A DNA stretch of 64,000 bases from Mobula hypostoma (GCF_963921235.1 NC_086108.1:33730001-33794000); one strand, 5' to 3'; numbered from the stretch's first letter, positions 1-12,690 are shown. Program-made: numbers and translations. The notes: generated from the sequence alone by a model not told the origin.

Positions 1-793
1 AGCAAATTTAGTCACAAATCCATTAATACCGTAGTCCAAATCATTGACATACATCGTAAAAAGCAGCAGTCCCAATACCGACTCCTGTGGAACTCCACTG
101 GTAACCGGCAGCCAGCCAGAATAGGATCCCTTTATTCCCACTCTCTGTTTTCTGCTGACTAGCCAATGCTCCACCCACGCTAGTAACTTCCCTGTAATTC
201 CATGGGCGCTCATCTTGCTAAGCAGCCTCGTATGCAACACCTTGTCAAAGGCCTTCTGAAAATCCAGGTACACCACGTCCACTGCATCTCCTTTGTCTAC
301 CCTGCTTGTAATTTCTTCAAAAAAATTGCAGTAGGTTAGTCAGACAGGGTTTTCTTTTCAGGAAACCATGCTGGCTTTGACCTATCTTGTCATGTGCCTC
401 CAAGTACTCCATAATCTCATCCCAAACAATTGTTTCCAACAACTTCCCATCCACTGATGTCAGGCTAACAGGTCTATAGTTTCCATTCTGCTGCCTCCTA
501 CCCTTCTTAACTAGCGGAGAAACATTGGCAATTTTCCAGTCATCCGGTACAATGCCAGAATCTATCAATTCTTGAAAGATCATCGTTAATGCCTCCGCAA
601 CCTCTCCAGCTACTTCCTTCAGAACCTGAGGGTGCATTCCATCAGGTCCAGGAGATTTATCCACCCTCAGACCATTAAGCTTCCTGAGCACCTTCTCAGT
701 CATAACTTTCACTGCACAAACTTCACTTCCCTGACACTCTTGAATGTCCGGTATACTGCAGACATCTTCCACTGTGAAGACTAATGCAAAATA
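1..793 (-). mobile_element. CR1-clade LINE fragment (ORF2 RT region, degenerate)
   Basis: ORF 317..772(-) has CR1 motifs KSPGPDGMHP, WKIANV, NYRPVSLTS, QHGF. Near-identical in reverse to the 8920-9700 CR1 segment. Confidence 0.92.
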
Positions 794-799
794 TGATGC

Positions 800-840
800 T
801 TAATCCTGCCTCCCTGAACAAAGCAGGGAGGCAGGATTAA
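800..840. repeat. Perfect 17-bp inverted repeat with 7-nt loop
   Basis: ttaatcctgcctccctg (800-816) / aacaaag / cagggaggcaggattaa (824-840). Confidence 0.9.
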
Positions 841-1499
841 TACTAGAGAATGTCCAGTAGATTTAGAGTATGGGGAAGAGTCTTGAAGGAGATTTAAGGG
901 GGGCCTTTTTCACCCAGTGTGGTGAGTATACGGTATTTTTTGCTGGAGAGTGTGGGATTGCTAACAGTACTTAAAATCTGTCCAGATAAACATTTGAACC
1001 TCCTGGGCATTGAAGGCCATGAGGAAAGATCTAGAAGTTGGCACAAATATAAATGGGGCCCACAGGTCAGCTTGGACATGGATGGCTGAATGGATATTTC
1101 CTGTGTTTTCTGACATTGTAACTCTTTATATATCCTTAAGTGAGCTCATACATGCACAATGGTTTCATTTGATCCTATAAGATACCATGATTCCCTGATA
1201 ATTGTTACATAATTGAGGAAAAATTCATTGGAGGGAACTACTGAGGCAGGTCTACAATGTACCATCAACTCTTTTCAAAAACCAAACTATTTCCAATAAA
1301 CAAGTAAATAAGATTTCAATATCCGCAGCCTCTTGTATCACCACCAACATTTCTTTCTAGCTGTGGTAGGTTTGATTTATAGAGGACTGAGTAGGAATTG
1401 TAAAGATAAGTGGTTGTGAAGGAAACAAAAGAACATTGGATGGAATGTGGAACATCTCTGCAGAGAACACAATTGCAGTATTAGCCACACCTCAGTCAG

Positions 1500-1627
1500 C
1501 CAAATTATATCTACTGTGATTCAAAGTTGAAAAACAATAAAACATGACAACTTCCAAGGTGTGTGAATACTTTTTGTAGCCACTGTATAAATAGCTAGGG
1601 TGCCTAAGACTTTTGCACAGTATTGTA
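1500..1627. mobile_element. Tc1-type TIR remnants (two adjacent ends)
   Basis: gtgaatactttttgtagccactgta, followed by gggtgcctaagacttttgcacagtattgta, which matches the TIR of the 21857-22348 MITE. Confidence 0.5.
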
Positions 1628-2715
1628 GTAATTTTACCTCTTACACGATACTGCTGACACAAAAAAAAACAGATTTCAAGACATATACGAGTGATGATTA
1701 ATCTGATTCTGATATGGGTCTGTATTGTGGACTGAGACTGAGAAGAGGGCAGGGAGAGGGGAATCATTGTTGGGAAAAGGGGAAGGGAGAGGTGAAGGAG
1801 TGGAAAGCACCATATAGAGACATTCTGTAGTGATCAATATCCAATTTTTTGGAATTAATTTACCTTACCTGGTGTCTCAGGGCCGGATGTGTCTGTGCCT
1901 GTGTCACCTCACCCCTGGATCTTCTCTGCCACCCCTCTCTTCACCATTCACACTTCCCATTCCCAACATCCTTTGCTCCTGGCAGATCTACAAACTCATT
2001 TTCTGCTCCACATTGACAAATACAGTACTCTGCCAAGTCTTCGGCACCCTTGCTATATCTGTGAGCCTAAGGCTTTTGCTCAGTACTATATTGTCACTTT
2101 CTTTGGGTGGTAAGAACTCCATTTAAACAGTGGAGAAATAAATCTTAAACAAATGTGTATTACAAGCAATAAAATCCAGGTTCTTTGATTCAGAGCATCT
2201 CTGCATGGATCAGCCGGAACAATTCATATTAATGCAAATATTTTTGAGCCCTGGTTGCAATGTTACAGAAAACAGGAACACAATAATGTAGGAGTTGGAG
2301 TAGGCCAGGCCATCCTCAGCCTGCCTCAGCACTTAATATGATCATGGCTGATCAATGCTGGTCTCAAATCCTCTTCTGTGCCACTCCTCCCCACTCCTCT
2401 ATTCTTTCATTTATCAAATATTCATCCTCCTTCAGTCTATATACATTTTATGATCCAGCTTCTACTACCTGTTTAGGCAGAGAAATCCAGTAATTCACCA
2501 CACTCTCTGAGGAGAGGTTTCTACGTTTGAACAACTGATGTCATGAGGGATGTTTCTGAATACTGTAATTTATTGTTTCACTTGTGATAAGTGAAAGGGA
2601 CTGGCCACTGATTGTTTCTGAATAAAATTATCGAAGAAGCATTTTTCAGTATAAGAATACGTTGTACAGCATGAAAATCAAGAAACCAATATTTTAATTC
2701 TTGCTCCTCTCTATT

Positions 2716-3640
2716 AAGAGTGGTGACGACTGGAGAGTCAGTGACAGCCCGGAGAGACGGCAACCAGGGCAGAACGGGCTGGCAACCCAATCTGTGTCCT
2801 CTGAGAGGAGGACCCCCACACAAGCTACAAAGAATCTAAGGAAAAGATACCCCCAGGGGTGCCCGAGAAGCGGGGGAGGATGAGCACCCCAGTCGGATGG
2901 ACACAACGACATCAGACCCAGGCAATGAACAAACGACGATGAGGAAGCAGTGTACATGTGGCAAAATCTGCAAGAACGATCACGGCTTGAAGATCCACCA
3001 AGCGAGGATGAAGTGTTTGGCGGGAGTAGGAGCAGCACAATGCGCAGGTGTCCAACTTGGTGAGACGAAGGAGGGGCCAGGCCCAGAGTCACCCCATAGT
3101 GCCCGGAACCTCCAAGTGTTGCAAACTAATCCCTCGAACATGAAGTCTAACAAGAGGCAGATCAAATGGCCTGCAGCTAACATGACTTCACTGTGGAAGC
3201 TGTTTGATGAAGATGTTAACCAAATTCTGGAGGCAACGGCGAAGGGAGGGGTTGATAGGAAGCTGCAAGCCATGACACAACTGTCAGCAGGCTGGATGGA
3301 GAGCGAGGTGTCTCCCAGTGGAGGTTGGTTGTAGGGGATTCGTAGCCCATTCTTTAGTTAGAGCCTTCAGCATTTTGGGCATCGAGGGAGAGAGGAAGAG
3401 GAGAGCCATCCGTAGTACCACCGATGCGGCAGAGAGGGCCTCAAAATGGCTGTGGCTCAAAAGAGGGGAGCCATGGAGTCATAAGTAGCTAGCCATCTGG
3501 ACACAAGCTGGGGTCTGATCAGCCCCGGCTGGGTCACCTGGAGGAGGTTGTATGATGTTGAAAGACCCGAAACACCCGATGATTCCAGGAACATCACTGA
3601 AGATGTGTCCAGAAGCATCAATAGATGTTTGTACACAGCA
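2716..3640 (+). mobile_element. Hero-type (R2 superfamily, RLE) non-LTR retrotransposon, internally deleted copy 1
   Basis: N-terminal C2H2-like finger CTCGKICKNDHGLKIHQARMKC (ORF 2897..3334). It is fused at ~3278 to the C-terminal frame 3279-3488 NCQQAGWRARCLPVEVGCRGF...AAERASKWLWLKRGEPWSHK*. No RT domain. Closely similar to 6277-7172. Confidence 0.8.
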
Positions 3641-4907
3641 GTTAAGTATATGGCCATGCAAGAGCTTAGCAACAGATAGGACACAGGAAAATATCATGAT
3701 CCCCCCCAGAGAAGAGTTTACAATACTACATCCAAACTCATGGAAACAGAGTCTTTGGTCTGGCAGATCTGATGAACCATCAAGAAACTGTTTACTCCAA
3801 TCCTATTTTGTTCTCCCCACATCCCCAGTAACTATCACACAGATTGCACCACTCTTCTGCACACTAGAGACAATTTATGGGGGCCGGTTAACCTACAAAC
3901 CTGCACTTCTTTTTTGCGATGGGACCAGAACATCCTGAGGAAATCCACGTGGTGCCAGGGAGAATGTTCAAACTCCAACAGTCAGAACTGAAGGTCACTG
4001 ATAGAAAGTTTTTGTAAGAACTATAAGCCTCAGAGTAAAGAATTTTGTCCTCATCTGGTCCTAAGTGGCCTGCTATTTAAGAATTTGACATACAAGAGCA
4101 TAAAAACTATAAGAAAGACAGCAGGAGGCTGTCCCTCACACTTGCTCCATTATTCAATAAGGTTGTAGCCGATATTTTACCTCAGTGCCACTTTTCAGTA
4201 CTAATCAGGTAATCCTTGATTCTTCTAAAATTTGAAAATGTATTGAACTCTCTATTTTCAGTAAATGTCACTAAGAGAAGAAATGTCTTCTCATCTCTGT
4301 CCTGAATGGCTGACCCTTTATTCAGAGACACTCTCCAGGGTTTTGACTCACCAGCCAGGGAAACACTATTGCTGCACCTACCCTGTAAGAGCTTGGTAAT
4401 TTTACGCGATATTAGCTCTCAGACATCTAAATTCTGGAGACCCAGTGTACTTAATGTCTCCTCAAACCTGCCATTACTGGAATCAGTCAGAAGAAACTTT
4501 GATGCGCTCCTTCTGCAGGGATACAGAGGAAGGGGACAGTATCCTAGTATCATTAAGGTTACTGAAATCTCTTAATGTCACATTAAGCTATTTCACTGCA
4601 GACTAAGGAACTGCAGTCTCTTTTCATTTATCACAAATCTTCCTCAGAACTTCTGCACATCCTGAAATTCATTTACCAGCCTGTTTTAACATATGTACAT
4701 TGGGGAAAGCACTTGTCCTACATAATGGAGAACATAATTTGGATGTTTTTCTACGTGCTTTGTGTTGAATAGTCAATCAGACTGATGTTATGCATTGTAT
4801 GGGAACTGAGAAACAACAGCCAATCACAGGGGTCTGATTGAGTAGAGGGAGTTTTGCTGGGCTGAGGGAACCAGCTACTGAAATCATACTGGGAACCTGA
4901 AATAGAA

Positions 4908-5060
4908 ATAAAATCTGCTGGAAATTTAACAGGTCAGGCAGCATCTGTGGAAAGAGAAACAGAGTCAACATTTCAGGTTTGAGACAAAATACAAAACCCA
5001 TTTCTCTTTCCACAGATGTTCTATGACGTTGAGTGTTTCCAACATTATCTGTTTTTATAT
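4908..5060. mobile_element. Old Penelope-pLTR-derived fold-back element
   Basis: aaatctgctggaaatttaacaggtcaggcagcatctgtggaaagagaaa mirrored by tttctctttccacagatg...tttccaacattatctgttt. Confidence 0.55.
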
Positions 5061-5994
5061 CTGGGAGCCATCTAGTAATTCTGCTTTTGAATGTAAACCT
5101 GCGTGTTGATGCTCTGCCTTATTTTAAGCCTTTTCTTACCTGCTGAGATTCTCAAACCCCAGGGACATCTACATTGATGCTTGGAAAAAAATGTTATAAT
5201 TGTTAAAATAATTTCTTTAAAATATTTCGAAGTCCAACCTGCCACCTGAGTGTTGGTTTGTTACTTGGCCCATCCATTTCCAATGCATTTAGAATGAGGT
5301 TAATAATAAAAAAAAAACTTTTCTACCCTCCTAGCTTTCTGGGTTAGGATTTACAATATTGTTTGATTCCTGTTCAGTTTTTCTCATTGGTTTTAAGTGT
5401 GTCATTTGGTGCAGGAAAATTATGTGACTGAGGAATCTGGTCTTCTACTGGAAACTGCCAGCCGCTGCTCGTTATGATTCATGACCATGTAATTAACACT
5501 GACCTCAGAACAAATGAGTAATATGACTAATTAGTTTGAACTGGCTTTTTCAGTTAGACTTCAAAGATACTTTGCTGAGTTGTATATAAATAGGCAGCAA
5601 GGCTAAAATACATTTTCCATTTGAACAATAAAAAGAATTGCATGTAGCAGAAGTGAACAACAAATTAATAAGCATGATTAAGATTATAAATGAATACAAA
5701 CGGTAAAATTGCAAGGCTCCATTGCCAACATCTGGTTGCTAATGACAAATGTTGGACAATTCATTTCATAGCTTTAACTTGTCTGAAAAAACATCATAAA
5801 ATTTATCCAGGAGTAGAAAAGTAAAACTTAATAACTGAACAAAAAAATCACAGATTTATTGAAATGTTTTATAAGTGATCTTTATAAAATGAAATGATAT
5901 AATTCTTACATAACAATAAAATAAGAGAGAGGAACAATAAAATAGGAGAGAGGATCATTCAGCCCTTGAAGTCTGCTCCATGATTTAATGTGGT

Positions 5995-6212
5995 TGTGGT
6001 TTTTGGAGATACAGTATGGAATAGGCCCTTCTGGCCCAAAGAGCTGCATACAGGCAATCACAGGACAATTTACAACAACCAATTAACCTACTAACTGGTA
6101 CATCTTTGGACTGTGGGAGAAAACCAGAGACCTTGAGGAAACCCATGTGCATTGGGGAGAACGTACAAATTTTCTTACAGATGATGTTGGAATTGAACTC
6201 TGACATCCTGAA
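5995..6212 (-). mobile_element. tRNA-derived SINE interrupted at its head by Hero copy 2
   Basis: Same family as 22430-22672 and 45150-45400 (caattaacctactaactggtacatctttggactgtgggag; B-box-like ggaattgaac). The head remnant gcatgctaagtgctac resumes at ~7170. Confidence 0.7.
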
Positions 6213-7172
6213 CCAGAAGCATCAGTAGATGTATGTACACATCTTACACCCAGAGTTCATCAGTGACAACCACGAAAAGAGTGGTAACGACTGGAGAGTC
6301 AGTGACAGCCCGGAGAGACGGCAACCGGGGCAGAACGGGCTGGCAACCCAATCTGTGTCCTCTGAGACGAGGACCCCCTAAAAAGCTACAAAGAATCTAA
6401 GGAAAAGATACCCCCAGGGGTGCCCGAGAGCGGGGGGGAGGATGAGCACCCCAGTCAGATGGACACAACGACATCAGACCCAGGCAATGAACAAACGACA
6501 TGAGGAAGCAGTGTACATGTGGCAAAATCTGCAAGAACGATCGCGGCTTGAAGGCCCACCAAGTGAGCATGAAGTGTTTGGCGGGAGTAGGAGCAGCACA
6601 ATGCGCAGGTGTCCAACTTGGTGAGATGAAGGAGGGGCCAGGCCCGGAGTCACCCCATAGTGCCCGGAACCTCCAAGTGTTGCAAACTAATCCCTCGAAC
6701 ATGAAGTCTAACAAGCAGGCGGATCAAATGGCCCGCAGCTAACATGACTTCACTGTGGAAGCAGTTTGATGAAGATGTTAACCAAATTCTGGAGGCAATG
6801 GTGAAGGGAGGGGTTGATGGGAAGCTGCAAGCCATGACAACAATTCCCAGTGGAGATTGGTTGTAGGGGATTTGCAGCCCGTCCCTTAGTTAGAGCCTTC
6901 AGCAACTTGGGCATCGGGGGAGAGAGGAAGAGGAGAGCCATCCGCAGTACCACTGATGTGGCAGAGAGGGCCTCAAGATGGCTGTGGCTCAAAAGTGGGG
7001 TACCATAGAGTCATAAGTAGCTAGCCATCTGGACACAAGCTGGGGTCTGATCAGCCCCGGCTGGGTCACCTGGAGGAGGTTGTATGATGTTGAAAGACCC
7101 GAAACACCCGATGATTCCAGGAACATCACTGAAGATGTGTCCAGAAACATCAGTAGATATATGTACACAGCA
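6213..7172 (+). mobile_element. Hero-type non-LTR retrotransposon, internally deleted copy 2
   Basis: ORF 6500..6742 has the same CTCGKICKND finger. Junction at ~6845 into PVEIGCRGF. Same 3' UTR as copy 1. Confidence 0.8.
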
Positions 7173-7224
7173 TGCTAAGTGCTACTTCATCAAAATGTGG
7201 TACCCTATCCTATTCTCTCCATTA

Positions 7225-7440
7225 TACACAAGAGACTGTAGATGCCGGACTCTGATGCAATTAATAATTTGCTGGAGGAGCTCAGGTGGTTGAGCAACAA
7301 TTGTGGGGGGAAATGAATTGTTGGCATTTTGGGATGAAGACCCTGATGGAGGGTTTTGACCCAAAAAATCAACAATTCCTTTCTTTCAATAGATGCCACT
7401 TGATCTTCTTAATTCCTCCAGCAGATTGTTTGTTGTTTCT
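7225..7440. mobile_element. Old Penelope-pLTR-derived fold-back element
   Basis: aagagactgtagatgc...tttgctggaggagctcagg, mirrored by cttaattcctccagcagattg. Degenerate ctgatggagggttttgacccaaaa core. Confidence 0.55.
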
Positions 7441-7849
7441 CTCCATAAACCTTGATCCCCCAGTCCTAAGAAAAATCATCCATCTCTTTCTTGAATATAT
7501 TTAATGCCTTGGCTTCATCTGCTTTCTGTGGTAGAGAATTCCATCAGTTCACTATTCTTTTGGAGCAGAAAATTTTCCTCATATTAGTCTTAAAAATGGC
7601 TTAATCTTCATTCTTTGATCATGACGAGAATATTCACTACCATTGGGAATATCCTTTCTGCTTCTAATTTGCCTATTCCATGTTACTCCATCCCAATCTT
7701 CTAAATCCTAGTGAATACAAACTTAATTTACTCAATTATTCTCCATGTCAAGGTTCGTGGTCTGTCTACATGAAATTGTTACAATCTTCAGTGAATGTTT
7801 CAATGTGAGTGCAGTGTTCTTAAAACTGCTATGGTTGATCTTGAAATTC

Positions 7850-10585
7850 AACTACAGATTGGCAAATAAGACGTGGCCATGTCTGAAACTTGGTTAAAGA
7901 ATGGCTGCCATTGGGAGCTGAATGTCCAAGGATATACAGTGTATTGGAAAGATAGGTTAGTAGGCAGAGGGGGTGGTGTGGCCCTACATGTAAGAAATAA
8001 TATTAAATCATTGGAAAGAAATGACATAGGATTGGAAAGTGTAGAGTCTCTATGGGCTGTTAAGAAATGCCAAGGGTAAAAGGACCCTAATGGCAGTTGT
8101 ATACAGGTCTCCAAACAGCAGCTGGGATGTGGGTTACAAATTACAGCAGAAGATAGAAAAGGTATGTCAGAGAGGCAATGTCATGATAATCATTGGGGAT
8201 TTTAACATGGAAGTGGATTGGGAAAACCAGATCAGTATTGGACTTCAAGAGAGAGAATTTGTAGAATGTCTAAGGGATGGCTTTTTAGAACAGCTTGCTG
8301 GTGAGCCCACTAGGGGATTGGCTGACTGGATTGGGTGTTGTGCAATGATCCGGAGGTGATAAGAGAGCTCACATTGAAATTTGAGAGGGAAAAAATAAAA
8401 TCAAATGCATCGGTATTTCAGTGGAGTTAAGGAAATTATAATGGCATGAGAGGGGAACTGACCAAAGTTGCATGAAAAGGGCCACTGGCAGGAAGGACAA
8501 CAGAGCAGCAATGGCTGGAGTTTCTGTTAAAAATGAGGGAAGTGGAAGACAGATGCATTCCAAATTAGAAGACATTTTCAAAGGGAAGAAGGACACTACT
8601 GTGGCTGACAAGTGAAGTCAGAGCCACAGTAAAAGCAAAAGCATACAAGGAAGCCAGAGCTAGTGGGAAGATAGAGGATTGGGGAGCTTTTAAAAACTTG
8701 CAGAAGGAAACTAAGAAGGTCATTCAGAAGGAAAAGATGAATTATGAGAGGAAGCTGGCGACTGATATCAAAGAAGATACTAAGAGCTTTTTTAAATATA
8801 TAAAGGGTGAAAGAGAGTCGAGGGTAGATATAGGACCAATACAAAATGACGCTGGAGATATTGTATTGAGAGATGCGGAGATGGCAGAGGAACCGAATGC
8901 GTATTTTGGATCAGTCTTCACAGTGGAAGACGTCTGCAGTATACCAGACACTCAAGGGTGTCAGGGAAATGAAGTATGTGCAGTGAAAGTTATGACTGAG
9001 AAGGTGCTCAGGAAGCTTAATGGTCTGAGGGTGGATAAATCTCCTGGACCTGATGGAATGCACCCTCAGGTTCTGAAGTAGCTAGAGAGATTGCAGAGGC
9101 ATTAACGATGATCTTTCAAGAATTGATAGATTCTGGCATTGTAACGAATGACTGGAAAACTGCAAATGTTACTCTGCTATTTAAGAAGGGTGAGAGGCAG
9201 CAGAAAGGAAGCTATAGACCTGTTAGCCTGACATCAGTGGTTGGGAAGTTGTTGGAATCGATTATTAGGATTGAGATTAGAGTATCTGGAGGCACATGAC
9301 AAGATAGGCCAAAGCCAGCATTGTTTCCCGAAAGGAAAATCCTGTCTGACAAACCTACTGCAATTCTTTAAGGAAATTACAAGCAGGGTAGACAAAGGAG
9401 ATGCAGTAGATATGGTGTACTTAGATTTTCAGAAGGCCTTTGACAAGGTGCTGCTCATGAGGATGCTTGGCAAGATAAGATCCCATGGAGTTATAGGGAA
9501 GTTATTTGCTTGAGTGGTCGGCAGAAAAAGAGAGTGGGAATAAAGGGATTCTAATCTGGCTGGCTGCCGGTTACCACTGGAGTTCCACAGGGGTCAGTGT
9601 TGGGACCGCTCCTTTTTACGATGTATGTCAATGATTTGGACTACAATATTAATGGATTTGTGGCTAAATTTGCCGATGATACAAAGACAGGTGGAGGATC
9701 AGGTAGTACTGAGGAAACAGAGAGCCTGCAAAGAGACTTAGATAGTTTAGGGGAATGCGCAAAGATGTGGCAAATGAAATACAACGTTGGAAAGTGTATA
9801 GTCATGCTCTTTGGTGGAAGAAATAAATGACTATTATTTAGAAGGGGAGAGAATTCAAAATGCAGAGATGCAAAGGGACTTGGGAGTCTTTGTGCAAGAT
9901 ACCCTAAAGGTTAACCTCCAGGTTGAGTTGGTTGTGAAGAAGGCGAATGCAAAGTTGGCATTCATTTCTAGAGGTATAGAATATAAGAGCAGGAATGTGA
10001 TGTTGAGGCTCTATAAGGCACTCGTGAGACCACACTTGGAGTATTGTGTGTAGATTTGGGCTCCTTATTTTAGAAAGGATGTACTGACATTGCAGAGGGT
10101 TCAGAGAAGATTCACGAGAATGATTCCAGGAATGAAAGGGTTGCTGTATGAGAAACATCCGGCAACTCTTGGGCTGTACTCCCTGGAGTTCAGGTGAATG
10201 AGGGGGGAATCTCATAGAAACATTCTGAATGTTAGAAGGCCTGAACAGATTAGATATTAGTTATTTCCCATGGCAGGGGATTCTAGGACAAGAAGGTGCG
10301 ACTTCAGGATTGAAGGACGTCCTTTTAGAACTGAGATGCAGAGAAATTACTTTAGTCAGAAGGTGGTAAATCTGTGGAATTTGTTGCCGTGAGCAGCTGT
10401 GGAAGCCAAGTCATTGGGTGCATTTTTTGGCAGAGATAGATAGGTTCTTGATTAGCCAGGGCATCAAAGGGTATGGGGAGAAGGCAGGGGGATGGAGATG
10501 TCTGGAAGAATTGGATCAGCTATGATTGAATGACAGAGCAGAGTCAATGGGCCAAACAGCCTACTTCTGCTCCTATATCTTATGC
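7850..10585 (+). mobile_element. CR1-clade LINE, 5'-truncated, degenerate ORF2 (APE + RT) with 3' end
   Basis: APE motifs MSETWL, RGGGVAL, VYRSPN, IIGDFN. RT motifs YLDFQKAFDKV, LGPLLF, KFADDTK, LVRPHLEYCV. CR1 tail gcctacttctgctcctatatcttatg. Many stops and frameshifts. Confidence 0.95.
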
Positions 10586-12087
10586 TATCTCTCAATTATT
10601 TATCAATTTGGCTAGCTACTAAAGCATATGGAAGTATCTCAAATGGATGTCTTCACTAAATCTGGCAAATTCCAATGGCTACCACTTGCCAACAAAAAAG
10701 ATCTTTAAGCTGAAAGAGGTAAACATATCTAAGTCCTGATGAAGGCTGTTGGGAAATAAAAATTCCATGAGACCAGTTATATATTTTCAAATTTCTTCTT
10801 CGATTTCTATCCTACAGCCCCTACACATGCCAGCTGAGGTTTAGGGCAGTGAAAATTAATTATTGGGTTGAAAGTCTTTGTGAGGGGAAAGTTCTTGAAA
10901 CAATAGAGCGAAGTAGCTCTGACAGCTTTTTCCATACTTCATCCCAAATTCTGAAATTCTTTTAGGAATTCTTCCAGGATTTGAAAATCAGTCCAAAAAC
11001 AAATCTGAGAGCGGAATGTGATAAAATTTGCTTGGCACAGAAAATATCCACAAACTTTTCTTACGATACTTTTTTTATTAGACAATTACCAAATGGACAA
11101 CTAAGTGGAATCTGCAAGGCAATTAAAATGTAATCTCAATTCAGATTACTCTTTCTACCAACACATGGAAAACATTTACATCTGCATTGCAAATATCCTT
11201 TTCCAAAACATTACCCTGCAACGTGAAAAATATTTATCAATATCGTTCAGGGTCTTGAAAAGAGTTTTGTTTGTAAAATCTGCACAATACTTGAAAAGGA
11301 ATCTTTGATATATTCTTTAGACTATGACAGGAGAAATGTACAAGAATATCAATATGAATGTTATTTTAGTGCATTTGTACATTTTACAGATGCTTCTCAC
11401 AAGCTCAAGAAATTCAAAAGTGCTTTAAACAGAAAATGGAACAAGGAAATGTGACTTGTTCAAATCAGTTAGCACAGAGAAGATTTAACATCACCCTTGA
11501 ATGCATGAAACACTGTTGGAATTTTGCTAACATTTCTCGACAGGTACCTACTTGACAGCCAGCAGTGAATAAGTTGCAGTTAAAGAGGAAATGTAATTTC
11601 AGTTAATGTTCTAAAGTAACAAAAGTGTCATCATTCTCAGACATTAACTCAGCTCAAATTCTAATAAGCCTGCAGTTATATTACATTATTGATTTACACT
11701 GGATGACTGCAATGGGAAAAGTTGGGAAAAGTTAGGAAAAGCAACAAAACTATGAAAGTAAAACATCCTCGGTGCAGGAATACTTCTTAATTGTTTTCAC
11801 TGTCAGCGCTGGAGTACACCTTCAGCAGCACTAGAAAGGCTGGGGCTTGGGGCTCGTGTGCAGTAAATCAGCTAAAGGGGATGTGTCTGGTGACCTTAGG
11901 CTGAATTTAGTTACAAAATATCCAGCCTTATCTTTTGCATGCCTGTGGGTTCTGCCATCAAGGAACAGGATGTTTACGAGGTTTCTTTCCCCTGTTGTTC
12001 AATTACTTGTCAGAATTTGTGGCAGAGTCAGCAGGACCACAGAGTCCTGAGTCTTGGTTGTCTGATGACTTAACTCCGTTAGCCCTA

Positions 12088-12690
12088 TTTGTAATAGATG
12101 TCATTCTGAAGTTGCTTTCTTGACTCGTATGTTCTGGTCTTGCCCTTTTTTGGATAAATATTGGAAAGACATCTTTGATATTATTTCTACAGTTTTGTGT
12201 ATTGATTTGCAACCTCACCCCATTACTGCAATTTTTGGGTTATCAATGATGGAAGAGAGTTACTTATCCCCTTCAGCCTGTCGGATGATTGCATTCATTA
12301 ACGTTAATGGCTGGAAGATCTGTCTTATTGAATTGCAAAGAGGTCAATCCTCCTACTACATTTCAATGGTTTTCTCAAACTTTATCTTGCTTAAATTTAG
12401 AGAAAATCAGAAGTGGCACCTCCGATCCTTCAGTTATATTTAAAGAAACTTGGAGACCATTTATTCAACATTTTCATATGATGCAGTTTGACCTTTTTTG
12501 AATCCTTTTTTTTTAAAAAACTAAAAATATACAGATAGAGGAGTGGAGTTAACGACATTAATGATTGTATCCAATGTAATATGTTAGCCAGACTTTGCTT
12601 TAGTTTTGTTTAGCTTAGTCTAGTTTTGCTTAGCTTAATTTAGTGTTTTTTTTTCTTTTCTAGTTTGGGGTTTTTTTTTGTTTTTTTTTT
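12088..12690 (+). mobile_element. L1-clade LINE 3' fragment (CCHC region plus T-rich 3' UTR)
   Basis: ORF 12120..12443 MFWSCPFLDKYWKDIFDIIS...TAIFGL, preceded by a CxxC (tgtaatagatgt). WRPF motif near the stop. Long T-rich tail. Confidence 0.75.

Noticed and set aside
3540..3610. ctgaaga and cgaaac in the Hero 3' UTR read as a hammerhead
   Set aside because: No GUH site with a pairable helix III and no stem II between the motifs; the pseudoknot model fits better.
6300..6345. ggcaac...ggcagaacgggc in the Hero 5' UTR read as an HDV-like ribozyme
   Set aside because: Only a simple cagcccg/cgggctg hairpin; no P3/L3 or P1 can be placed.
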